Notes under the pieces: generated by a model
Database searches by the model: none
What the model saw: only the letters and a program-made list of their open reading frames with translations
Told to the model about the DNA's origin: nothing
DNA from: Mobula hypostoma
Lineage: Eukaryota
Direction: 5' to 3'
DNA: 64,000 bases
NCBI RefSeq assembly: GCF_963921235.1
Contig: NC_086097.1
Location: 5,208,001 to 5,272,000 of the forward strand
Translations under genes and position numbers: made by a program
Shown here: in pieces, positions 52,080 through 64,000 of the stretch
Numbering within the stretch: position 1 is the stretch's first letter
Layout: each line of letters begins with the position of its first letter

Positions 52080-53379
52080 CTAAGCTATCTTATGTATTTA
52101 TATTTATAATATCAGCTGTTTATTCATTGCCATAGATGTTGCCTGACCTGCTGAGTTCCTCTGGCATTTTGTAATTGATTACATCAGCCCTCTTTTTACA
52201 CATCAATATGACGTTCAGTACATCTGAATTCACCTTGTCCACTCTTAACTTCCTGCTCCAAATATTCCACCATCTGTCCTTCAAGACCTTCAACATTGTT
52301 CAATGTCATTTCCTGTACAAGTGTAAAGGAGAATGAAATAATCGTTATTCTGGATCCAATGCAGCACAAAAAAAAACACAAGATAAAGAACACAGTCATA
52401 ATAATCAATGTGAGGTGTTTTTGTGGTACTTGATTTGAACTCTGTCAAGGCTGTGGGAATTGGTTTCTTTGTCTTTCCCATTTAAACCTCTTTTTTAATA
52501 CCATTACTGGTCCAGGGAAAATCTCCAGAACACGATGAAGCAGCTGGTAATATATTGTGTAATACTTATTGTGATACAGGGCCTGTGGTTCTTATCTTTG
52601 CAACATCCAGGTGTATTTGTTCACATTAGGAAATTAGAATATAAGAAACAGAAGTCAGCTTCTTGTGCCTGCCTTGCATTCAATAAGATCAAGGCTGATC
52701 TTCTCCCTCAGCATAGCATCTCTGTGTTAACTTTTGATTAATTCAAATCCTCAATTTCTAAAATCCATCAATTTCTGTTTTGAATTTACGAAGCAATTTC
52801 TCTGCCGCTCTTCAACCATGTGTTCACCCAGACTCACTTCACCTATTCCTTCTGCCCCCTCCCCACCTCCTTATTCAGGCTTTATTCCCCCTCCTTTCCA
52901 GTTCTTATGAAAGGTCTTTGCCCAAAACGTTGACTGTTTATTCATTTCCAAAAAAATGGTGCCTGACCTCCTGAGTTCTTCCAGCATTTCGTGAGTATTG
53001 CTCTGGATTTCCAGCATCTGCAGAATCTCCTGTTTTTATGAAATGCACCTATCCAGTAATCAACCTTGTGGCCCTTGGCTGCTGTGCATTTATTGTAAAG
53101 CCAGAAATGTAAACAATATTCCAGATGCATTCTTACAAGAGTCCTCTATACTTGTAGCATTGTGTCTCTACCTTTGTACATAAAACCTGATGCCAAAAGA
53201 CAAATACGTTGTTTGACTTGCCAATTGCTTGTTGAATCTATATGTTTATGTTCAGCAATTTATATACGATGACCCTCAATTTGCTCTGAACACTAACAGT
53301 TTTCAATCTCTACAATTTAAAATTAGTTTGTTTTTCTATTTTTGTGAATAATAGGACAAATTCAAATTTATCCACATTA

Positions 53380-55385
53380 TATTTGAGAAGTCCATGTGAT
53401 ACAGTATCTACAATTAGGGAATGAGACAGGGCAAGTGGCAGATGTTTGTGTAGGCGAAGATTTTGCATCTAGTGACCTCAATGCCATTAGTTTCAAAGTA
53501 AATATGTAAAAAAATAGGTCTGGTCCATAGGGTGAGATTCTAAATTGGAGAAAGGCAAATTTCGATGGTTTCAGAAATGATTTGGCAAGTGTGGATTGGG
53601 AGAGTCTGTTTTCTGGAAAAGGTGTACTTGGAAAGTGGGAGGCCTTCAAATACAAAATTTTAAGAGTTAAAAGCTTGTGTGTGCCTGTCAGTATAAAAGT
53701 TTAAGATAACAAGTGAAGGGAACCTTGGTTTTCAGGAGATATTGAGGCCCTGGTTCAGAGAGAAAAGGAGGTGCATAGAAAATTTATGCAGGTAGAAACA
53801 AATGAGGTACTCGTAGAGTACAAAAAAAGCAGGGGAATGCTTCAGAAAGAAATCAGGAAGGTTAAAGAAGGCATGGTTGATCCAGCAGACAAGGTGAAGG
53901 AAAATCCTAAGGGATTCTACAGGTATGTTAAGAGCAAAAGGATTGCAATGAACAAAACTGGTCCTCTGGAAGATCAGAATGGTAATCCATGTGTGGAGCC
54001 AGAGCAGGAAGCGGAGATCTTAATTGCATCCTTTGCATCTGTATTTACTCAGGAGATGAATACAGAGTCCATAAAAGTGAGGCAAACTGGCATCAATTTC
54101 ATGGACTCTGTACAGATTACAGAGGAGGAGGTGTTTACTACGCTAAGGCAAATCAGGGTGGATAAATCCCCAGGGCCTGACAACGTGTTCCCTCTTACCC
54201 TATGGGAGGCAAGTGTAGAAATTGCCCAGGCCCTAGCAGAGATACTTAAATCATCCTTAATCGTGGACTGATTAAGGATGGTCAGCAAAGGTTCGTGCAT
54301 GAACGGTCATGTCTAACCAAACTTACAGAGCTTTTTTGAAGGAGTTACCAAGACAGTGGATGAAGGCAAGACAGTGGATATTGTGTACATGGACTTTAGC
54401 AAGGTATTTGAAATGATCCAGCATGGGAGGTTGGTTAAGAAGGTTCAGTCACTCGGCATTCAAGATGAGGTAGTAAATTGGATTAGATATTAGCTTTGTG
54501 GGAGAAGCCAGAGAATGATAGTAGATGGTTGCCTCTAACTGGAGGCCTGAGACTAGTGGTGTGTCACAGGGATCAGTGCGGGGTCCTTTGTAGTTCGTCA
54601 TCTATATCAATCATCTGGATGATAATGTGGTTAACGGGATCAGCAAATTTGTGGATGACTCCAAGATTGTGGTGGTATTGGACAGCAAGGAAGGCTATTG
54701 TGACTGGCAGAGGGATCTGTATCAGCTGGACAAATGGGGTGAAAAATGGGAGATGGAATTTGATGCAGACAGGGTGCGAAGTAGGACCAAGGAGGGTAGG
54801 ACTTACATAGTAAACAGTGGTGAAGTGAGGAGTGTGGTAGAACAAAGCGATCTGGGAATACAAGTCCATAATTCATTGCAAGTGGTGTCACAGGAAGACA
54901 GGATCATAAAGAAAGCTTTTGGCGCTGTGGCCTTCATAAATCAATGTATTGAGTACAGAAGATGGGATGTTAATGCTGAAGTTGTATAAGACATCATTGA
55001 AGCCTAATTTGGAGCATTGTGTGCAGTTTTAATCACCGACCTACAGAAAGATGTAAACAGGGTTGAAAGAGTGCAGAGCAAATTTCAAGCATGTTGCCGT
55101 GGCTGGAGGACCTGAATTATAAGGAAAGATTGAATTGGTTAGGACTGTGTTCTTTAGAATGTATGAGGTTGAGAGGAGATTTGGTAGAGTTATGCAAGAT
55201 TATGAGGGTTGTGACAGTGTGGAATAAGCTGCAGTCCACGTGAGCTCGATTTGGAGAGAAGTTTGAATAGGTACATGGATAGTAAGGATATGGAGGTCTA
55301 TGGTCCTGGTGCAGGTCGATGGTAGTGAGCAGTTTAAATGGTTCAGCATGGACTAGATGGGCTTAAGGGCCAGTTTCTGCCCATC
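53380..55385 (+). mobile_element. Old CR1 with frameshifts and deletions
   Basis: KENPKGFYRYVKSK, FASVFT, KSPGPD, SKFVDDSK, DLGIQVH. Confidence 0.85.
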
Positions 55386-55579
55386 TATTTGTTGTATTCT
55401 TACATCTCCTTTCAGCTTTGTATCATCACAAAACTTGGATTTAGTATTTTCTTATCTAAATCACTATGATGGCACTCCCAGTTTCCCAGATTCCAACCAA
55501 ACATTATCCCTTTATTCCTACTTTTTATTATCTGTGCATTAACCAAATCATGTGCTCTAATTTTCTTAAATATCCACTT

Positions 55580-56423
55580 TGCACCTCAGTCTCAACATGG
55601 AGAAGACAAAGGAAATCATTGTGGACTTCAGGAAGGTGCAGATGAACTATCCCCCTCTGCGAATACATGGCTCCTTCATAGATAGAGTTAAGTGCACCAA
55701 GTTCCTGGGTGTTCACATCACTGATGACCTCACCTGGACCTTTAATATCACCTCCCTGAACAAGAAGGCACAGCAGAACCTCCACTTCCTAAGAAGATTG
55801 AGGTAAGCAAGGTTTCCACCCCCCATCTGAACTCTGTTTTACAGGAGCACCATTGAGAGTGTCCTGACAAGTTATATCTATAACTGGTATGGGAGCAGTT
55901 GAGCATCAGACCAGATATCCCTACAAAGGACTGTGAGAACAGGTGAAAGGACCATAGAGGTCTCCCTACCATCCATCATGGATATTTATCAGAAGCGCTG
56001 CAAACACAGGGCCCTTAGTAGTAGCAAGGATCCCACCCATCCATCCAGCATCCTCTTTGACTTTCTACCATCAGGCAGGAGACTCTGATGCATCAGGACA
56101 AGAACAGTCAGGATGGGAAACAGTTTCTTCTCCCAGTATTACGTTTCTGAATTCACGGCCATATCGTACTCAAAGTGTCACTGGTTAATCTGTTCCGTAC
56201 CTTACAATATTGAAAATTAATGCACTTTAGTTTGTTATTTATGTGTGATTCATCTGCAGATATTATCCTGACCGTCATAACTTATCATGTGTTATGTGTG
56301 TCATGCTCACTACAGTGCTTTACACCCTGCTTCAGAGAAATGTTGTCTCGTTTCTATATACATGATATGGTTATATGCATGATATACATGTACATATTTC
56401 AATGGCAATAAACTTGACTTGAC
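55580..56423 (+). mobile_element. Rex1/L2-like LINE 3' fragment
   Basis: LNMEKTKEIIVDF..KFLGVHIT..KKAQQNLHFLRRL; tail AATAAACTTGACTTGACTTG. Confidence 0.75.
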
Positions 56424-56519
56424 TTGATCACCTTCACTCAATGCTTCCATCCCTCCAGTGTTTGCTCAGTTCTGCCATCCAGTGTTTGCTCAGTGGAAGA
56501 ACAAGCTGGACACTCAAGG

Positions 56520-57265
56520 ACTTGGATAACACACACCAAAGTTGCTGGTGAACACAGCAGGCCAGGCAGCATCTCTAGGAAGAGGTACAGTCGACGTTTC
56601 AAGCCGAGACCCTTTGTCAGGACTAACTGAAGGAAGAGCTAGTAAGAGATTTGAAAGTGGGAGAGGGAGAGGGAGGGGAGATCCAAAATGATAGGAGAAG
56701 ACAGGAAGGGGAGGGATGGAGCCAAGAGCTGGACAGTTGATTGGCAAAAGGGATATGAGAGGATCATGGGACAGGAGGCCGAGGGAGAAGGAAGGGGGGA
56801 GAGGGGAAAAACCAGAGGATGGGCAAGGGGTATAGTCAGAGGGACAAAAAGAAGAGAGAGAAAAAGAATTTGTGTATATAAATAAATAACAGATGGGGTA
56901 CAAGGGGGAGGTGGGGCATTAGTGGAAGTTAGAGGAGTCAATGTTCATGCCATCAGGTTGGAGGCTACCCAGACAGAATATAAGGTGTTGTTCCTTCAAC
57001 CTGAGTGTGGCTTCATCTTTACAGTAGAGGAGGCCGTGGATAGACATATCAGAATGGGAATGGGATGTGGAATTAAAATGTGTGGCCACTGGGAGATCCT
57101 GCTTTCTCTGGCGGACAGAGTGTAGGTGTTCAGCAAAATGGTCTCCCAGTCTGCGTCGGGTCTCACCAATATATAGAAGGCCACATCGGGAGCACCAGAC
57201 GCAGTATATCACCCCAGCCGACTCACAGGTGAAGTGTCGCCTCACCTGGAAGGACTGTCTGGGGG
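56520..57265 (-). mobile_element. Penelope-like element 3' part (subfamily B)
   Basis: GVIYCVWCSRCGLLYIGET...GMNID; hammerhead-like motif at 56589-56624. Confidence 0.88.
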
Positions 57266-57321
57266 TCTTCTCTTTGTGACTGTATGATACTCTGCAGCTG
57301 TAACAAAGTATGCTATGTTTT

Positions 57322-58266
57322 AGAAACATAGAAACATAGAAACATAGAAAATAGGTGCAGGAGTAGGCCATTCGGCCCTTCGAGCCTGCACCGCCATTTA
57401 TTATGATCATGGCTGATCATCCAACTCAGAACCCAGCCTTCCCTCCATACCCCCTGACCCCTGTAGCCACAAGGGCCATATCTAACTTCCTTTTAAACAT
57501 AGCTAATGAACTGGCCTCAACAGTTTGCTGTGGCAGAGAATTCCACAGATTCACCACTCTCTGTGTGAAGAAGTTTTTCCTAACCTCGGTCCTAAAAGGC
57601 TTCCCCTCTATCCTCAAACTGTGACCCCTCGTTCTAGACCTCCCCAACATCGGGAACAATCTTCCCGCATCTAGCCTGTCCAATCCCTTTAGGATCTTAT
57701 ACGTTTCAATCAGATCCCCCCTCAATCTTCTAAATTCCAACGAGTACAAGCCCAGTTCATCCAGTCTTTCTTCATATGAAAGACCTGCCATCCCAGGAAT
57801 CAATCTGGTGAACCTTCTTTGTACTCCCTCTATGGCAAAGATGTCTTTCCTCAGATTAGGGGACCAAAACTGCACACAATACTCCAGGTGTGGTCTCACC
57901 AAGGCCTTGTACAACTGCAGTAGTACCTCCCTGCTCCTGTACTCGAATCCTCTCGCTATAAATGCCAGCATACCGTTCGCCTTTTTCACCGCCTGCTGTA
58001 CCTGCATGCCCACTTTCAATGACTGGTGTATAATGACACCCAGGTCTCGTTGCACCTCCCCTTTTCCTAATCGGCCACCATTCAGATAATAATCTGTTTT
58101 CCTATTTTTGCCACCAAAGTGGATAACTTCACATTTATCCACATTAAATTGCATCTGCCATGAGTTTGCCCACTCACCCAACCTATCCAAGTCACCCTGC
58201 ATCCTCTTAGCATCCTCCTCACTGCTAACACTGCCACCCAGCTTCGTGTCATCCGCAAACTTGGAG
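57322..58266 (-). mobile_element. Young 5'-truncated CR1, near-identical to 3056-4160
   Basis: ORF 57426..58202 differs from ORF 3055..4056 at one residue; same (CTATGTTT)n tail; GTTTT at both junctions. Confidence 0.95.
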
Positions 58267-58899
58267 TTTTCTAAGTGCCTTGTGCGGTGTGCTGTGTGTT
58301 TTACACCTTGTCCCTCAGGGAAAGCTGTTTCATTTGGCTATATTCATATATGGTTGAATGGTAATTAAACTTGAAATTGAATCTGAACTTGAACCTTATG
58401 GAATGCTTATTAAAAACACAACCGCGCTATATCCTGATACGCATATCATATACACAGGCGCGATGAAGGGTCTTGGCTGGAAATGTCAGATGTTTTTTCC
58501 TCTCCATAGATGCTGCCTGACCAGCTGGTTTCCTCCAGCACTTTGTGTGTCTTGTGATGCATCAATTAGTCTGCCTTTATCTATCCAGCTAGTAACAGGT
58601 CAGAAAACTCCAACTGATTTAGCAGACCTGATAACCCTTTGACAGAACTGTCCCAGAGTTACACTCAGACCTTGGTTCATTGTGGTAGTGGGAACTGCTT
58701 TCGGGGGCTCATTAGTGACTGCTTTTCCAAATCCCAAGGACGCGGCCTAGAAGACAAGCATGCCTTTGGGGTTCTGAGGTTTCGCAGCCCTGTGGATGGG
58801 CTGATTCTATGCTGGTGTCACCGATCGAAGCATCGCTGGAGAAAACAGAACATCGGGAGTAGTGGATCAGCTGTCGGAGGCTGCGTACTTGGTGAATTG

Positions 58900-58931
<32 letters not shown>

Positions 58932-61254
58932 TTGCCGATTCTCGGGTCGGTGAGCTCAGAAATAAAAGCGATGTGACAGACATTATCATCACAGATCAGC
59001 AAAATGTTTGGTTATGTCTCACTTCTCGCTGTGAAAGGGGGTCACCTTTTTCTTTTTATTAGGGAGAGGGAGCCCTGTGTATGTCAAATTTGTTGGGTGA
59101 ACGATTAAGTTTTTGTTGTACTGTGGATCATGGTCTTTCTTGGGGGCTTTGTTATTGTTTGCTTGGTGGGTGGAGGGTGCTGTTGCGTTTTTATGGAAGT
59201 GGGTGGAGGTGGGGGAGGATCGTTGCTTTGCTGCTGCTTGTGTGTGGGGTTCTAATGTTTTTACTGCCTCTTTGGAGCACTCTTCTGTTTTGTGGATATC
59301 TGCAAAGAACAAGAATTTTAGGAAGTATATTGCATGGATTTCTCTGATATTAAATGGAACTACTGAAATATAAATCCATTTTGACTTTGTCTTTCACATT
59401 TTTGTTTTCCACATGCTCTGCCACTGCTAATAGATTCCAACATTTTCCTTTCAACTAATGTCAGCCTGGAGCTCTCTGATTTAGCTCTATTTACTTAAAT
59501 CAAGTATTTACACTTTCTGCCATCTGAATTCTGGGGATAATTTCCAGCATCATTGGAATTTAGGAAGATAACAACCTCTATTGTCATTGCCACCCCTTCA
59601 AAACCATAGAATTCAGGACATTATATCCACAGGATTGACTACCAAGGAGTTATAGAGTCATAGAACACAACTGAAACAGGTACTATGGCCCATCTAGTCT
59701 ATGGCAAACCATTAATCTACTTACTCTCTTGAACTCTATTTGGACCACAGCCCTCCATACCACACATGTACCTATCCAAGCTTCTCTTACATGTTGAAAT
59801 AGAACCCACATCCACTACTAGCTTGTTCCACACACTCGCCACCCTCTAAGTCAAGAAATTTCCCTTCAACATTTTACCTTTCACCCTTAACCCATGACCT
59901 TTAGTTGCGGTCTCACCCAACCTCAGCGGAAAAAGCCTGCTTACTTTTATTCTATGTATACCCCCCATAATTTTGTCTGCCTCTATCAAATCCTCTCAAT
60001 CATCGACACTCCAGGGAGTAAAGTCCTAACCTGTTCAGCCTTTCCCGATAAGTCAGGTCTGCAATCCTGGCCACAGCCTTGTCAATTTTCTCTTCCATTC
60101 TTTTAATTTCCAGAACGTCTTTTTTTTACTCATATTAATTATTTGTGCTCCATGTTCACTACATTTTTAGCGACTTCTTGTATTTTTATTCAGTTAATAA
60201 CATATTTGTTTAATCTCCTTCTTCCCTGGTATAGTTTACCCTGGCTCTTTCAGTATGTAACCCACATTAACTTTAGCTAATTTTATCCCTTAGAAGTATT
60301 TATAGAAACTCTAACAATGGCTTCCTTGTTACTAATGTTGAATGTATTCAGATAAAAAAGATTCAAGATTATTTGAAGTCATTTCCAGTACAGAAGTGGA
60401 AAGGAGAACAAAATAATTGTTACTCCAGACCTGATGCAGCACAAAAAAACACAATATGAAAAAGAACACAATAATAGGAAAGGCACAATAAATATAAATA
60501 TGTAAGATATACATAGATTGATTGTATGTCCATAAAATGACACTAGGCACAGGAGTGTCTGTACATAAGGTGACTCTGACAGCAAGTGACAAAGTAGAGG
60601 TGGTTGGGGATGTGGAGTGGTGGGTTAGTGGGTGGAGGTGTTAATCAGAGTTACTGCTTGGGGAAAGCAACTGTTTTTGTGTCTGGCGGTCCTGGAGTGG
60701 ATGCCATGTAACCTCCTCCTTGATAGGAGAGGGACAAGCAGTCCACGAGCAGGGTGTGTGGGATCCTTCATGTTGTTACTGGCCCTTTTCCAGCATTGAT
60801 CATGAAGTAGGCTTATACAGAATAGAACAGCCGAAAGGCTTGTACTGTTCTACGTTCTAAAAAATAACAAAAACAATATTTTTTCTGTATAAGTGAATTG
60901 GAAATGACTGCATTGGTGCTTAAGATATGTGATAACAGGATATCAACTTCAAACTTTCTTTATAAAACTGAGAAACTAGATTAGAAGAAAGTTCATCATA
61001 AAGCACAAGAGTAGCAATTAAAAAAAAACAACTTTGAACTCCAGAAATTCTCTTGTGCAGATGATGGGTCTGTGTGGTTTAGTACAAGGCTGGGATGAAT
61101 GTTGATATTCCGGTGTTCCAACGTTCTGGATACTTTGGGGTAAGATTGTTTAGTATCATTTCCGGTACACAAGTGTAAAGGACAATGAAATAATTGTTAC
61201 TCTGGATCTGATGCATCACACAAGAAAAAACACACAATAAGATAAAGAACCCAA

Positions 61255-61640
61255 TACTTTATACTTTATACTTTATTGTCGCCAAACAATTGGTACTAGA
61301 ATGTACAATCATCACAGCGATATTTCATTCTGTGCTTCACACTCCCTGGATTACAAATATTAAATATTAAAGATATTAAAAATATTTAAAATTAGTAAAT
61401 ATTAAAAAATTAAATTATAAATAATAAACAGAAAATAGAAAAATGGGAAGTAAGGTCGTTCAAAAAAACCGAGAGGCAGGTCCGGATATTTGGAGGGTAC
61501 AGCCCAGACCTGGGTCCGGATCCGTTCAGCAGTCTTATCACAGTTGGAAAGAAGCTGTTCCCAAATCTGGCCATACGAGTCTTCAAGCTCCTGAACCTTC
61601 TCCCGGAGAGAAGAGGGACGAAAAGTCTGTTGGCTGGGTA
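61255..61640 (-). mobile_element. Rex1/L2-like 3' end
   Basis: LLSGRRFRSLKTRMARFGNSFFPTVIRLLN; (TAAAGTA)n tail. Confidence 0.75.
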
Positions 61641-61699
61641 AAAACACAATAAATATACATAAATTAGATAGCTTCTGGTCAAGATGCTGCTCTCTCAGT

Positions 61700-62790
61700 T
61701 GACATAGAAACATAGAAATCCTACAGCACAATACAGGCCTTTCGGCCCACAAAGCTGTGCCAAACATGTCCTAACCCTAGAACTACCTAGGCTTACCCAT
61801 AGCCCTCTATTTTTCTATGCTTCATGTATCCATTCAGGAGTCTCTTAAAAAACCACAGAGTCAACCTGCGTAGCAGCTTTGAGTGTCCTATGGACTTGGA
61901 CCCCAAGATCCCTCTGATCCTTCACACTGCCAAGAGTCTTACCACTAATGCTATATTCTGTCATCATACTTGACTTACCAGAATGAACCACCTCACACTT
62001 ATCTGGGTTGAACACCATCTGACACTTCTCAGCCCAGTTTTGCATCCTATCAATGTCCCTCTGTAATCTCTGACAGACCTCCACACTATCCACAACACCC
62101 CCAACCTTTGTGTCATCAGCAAACTTACTAACCCATCCCTCCACTTCCTCATCCAGATCATTCCTAAAATTCACAGAAAGTAGGGGTCCCAGAACAGATC
62201 CCTGAGGCACATCACTGGTCACCGGCCTCCATGCAGAATATGACCCGTCTACAACCACTCTTTGCCTTCTGTGGGCAAGCCATTTCTGGATCCACAAAGC
62301 AATGTCCCCTTGGATCCCATGACTCCTTACTTTCTCAATAAGCCTTGCATGGGGTACCTTATCAAATGCTTTGCTAAAATCCATATAGACTACATCTACG
62401 GCTCTACCTTCATCAATGTGTTTAGTCACATCCTCAAAAAATTCAATCTTGCTTGTAAGGCATGACCTGCCTTTGACAAAGCCATGCTGATTATTCCAAG
62501 TCATATTATGCCTCTCCAAATGTTCATAAATCCAGCCTCTCAGGACCTTCTCCATCAACTTACTGAAGTAAGACTCACTGGTCTGTAATTTCCTGGGCTA
62601 TCCCTACTCCCTTTCTTGAATAAAGGAACAACATCTGCAACCTTCCATTCCTCTGTAACTTCTCATGTCCTCATTGATGATGCAAAGATCATTGTCAGGG
62701 GCTCAGCATATCTCCTCCCTCGCTTCCCACATAGCCTGGGGTACATCTATTCCGGTCTTGGTAACTTATCCAACTTGATGCTTTCCAAAT
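61700..62790 (-). mobile_element. CR1 with internal deletion, same subfamily as 32800-34411
   Basis: ORF 61845..62558 QHGFVKGRSC..VPQGSVLGP..FADDTK joined directly to the 3' tail. Confidence 0.88.
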
Positions 62791-63539
62791 ATCTTCTTCC
62801 AGATAGCTTTTTTATTTCCTTTAAGCCTGTTTTAGCACCTATTTTTCACCTTAAGTATGTTTCTGGGACTGTTACAGCTCATGATTTACAGTTCGGAGAT
62901 CGTTAGAGTGATCCAGCGCTTTGTTGTCTCCAAGAAGATTCCAGGAAGCAAGCACGTACTTGGACAGCCTCGATGTGAAGAAATTTTGAGATAAGTCACG
63001 AGCCAGTGTTCGAATCTGACAATTAAAGCATCGAGGAAGAATGAGACATCAAGGTGAATGGGAAGGCGAGTGAGAGTGTCAGCACTGACGGCCTGTCTTT
63101 TGATTGCTGCCGGAGAAGGATTCCGTGAGTGGCCTGTCACTATGTGGCTCACTGTGGCCGGCAGATAGGCCTCTCTCCCTTGTGTGGCGTTGCTCTCTTT
63201 TGGTGATATTGTAGGGTGGTATCGTGGTTCTGCGTTTATAGATTAGACTATTGCATTTATGAATCATGGACTTCTTTCAGACTTATGGTTTTTATATTCT
63301 GTTTCTTTATCACCCGTTCCTTTTCCATTTTGTTGTGCGAGGGGAAGGTGTTTGGATGTTGACGTTCTGCAATGTTCTGTTAGCTTTTTTGTGTGGGGGC
63401 GAGGGCTTGGTTTTTGAGATTGGTGTTCCCATTCTATTTTGTGTGTGGGGAGGGGTATTTGGGGGGGTTGATGATCGGTATGCCTTTTTTTTGTATGTGG
63501 GAGGGTTGGCTTGACGTTTCTCTCTGAATGACTTTCTTT

Positions 63540-64000
63540 CTTTTCAAATCTTTTTATTAAATAAGTATACAAAAGGTAAGCCATATAGGCACTAATACAC
63601 TGTTAGAATATAATAAAATTATAGGAGATATTAAAACAGAAAAGAAATGATACAAACAATGTAATTTAAACATAAAATAATAAGGTAACATAATGGTATA
63701 CTAATTTATATATATATATATATATCAATAGAAAAAGGAACCCCCCCCCAAAAAAAACCACCGTGCAACTAAACTAAAAGCAAGGCAAAGCAATGGGCTA
63801 TCTTGGAAACAAGTAGAGTTAAAAGACTTAAAATCACGTCCTCAAACCCGACCTCCATTAAAAACAGTAGAAAAAAACAAGAAGGGAATATAAATATGGA
63901 GCAAAAAGGGGAAGAAAAAAAATTACATTAAATGAAAATATTGAACAAAAGATCTCCAGGTCTGTTCAAATTTAAATGAGGAGTCATAAAGATTGCTTCT
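63540..64000 (-). mobile_element. L1-clade LINE 3' end (runs off the window)
   Basis: rc translates RSNLYDSSFKFEQTWRSFVQYFHL (ORF2-like end), then a T-rich 3' UTR, AATAAA and an A-rich tail. Confidence 0.65.

Overview
Eukaryotic, vertebrate-type intergenic or intronic DNA made up almost entirely of transposable elements. The repeat mix (CR1, Penelope-like, Rex1/L2, RTE, L1, tRNA-derived SINEs) suggests a cartilaginous fish; that is inference only. No intact host exon was recognised. The stand-out is a complete-boundary Ty3/Gypsy LTR element (25676-29231; TG..CA LTRs, GGTTC TSD, PBS, PPT). Its RT/RNaseH/integrase region is replaced by an intronless, full-length copy of the cellular Sin3-HDAC corepressor gene SUDS3, in the same reading frame as gag-protease; the whole unit is now pseudogenised. 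Also notable: a palindromic Penelope insertion with a 14-bp TSD, hammerhead ribozyme motifs in Penelope ends (one fully intact), two near-identical young CR1 copies, a MER1/Charlie3-like hAT element, a pogo/Tigger-like MITE and a candidate solo LTR. Family names come from remembered protein and DNA motifs, not database searches. Boundaries without a TSD are approximate.
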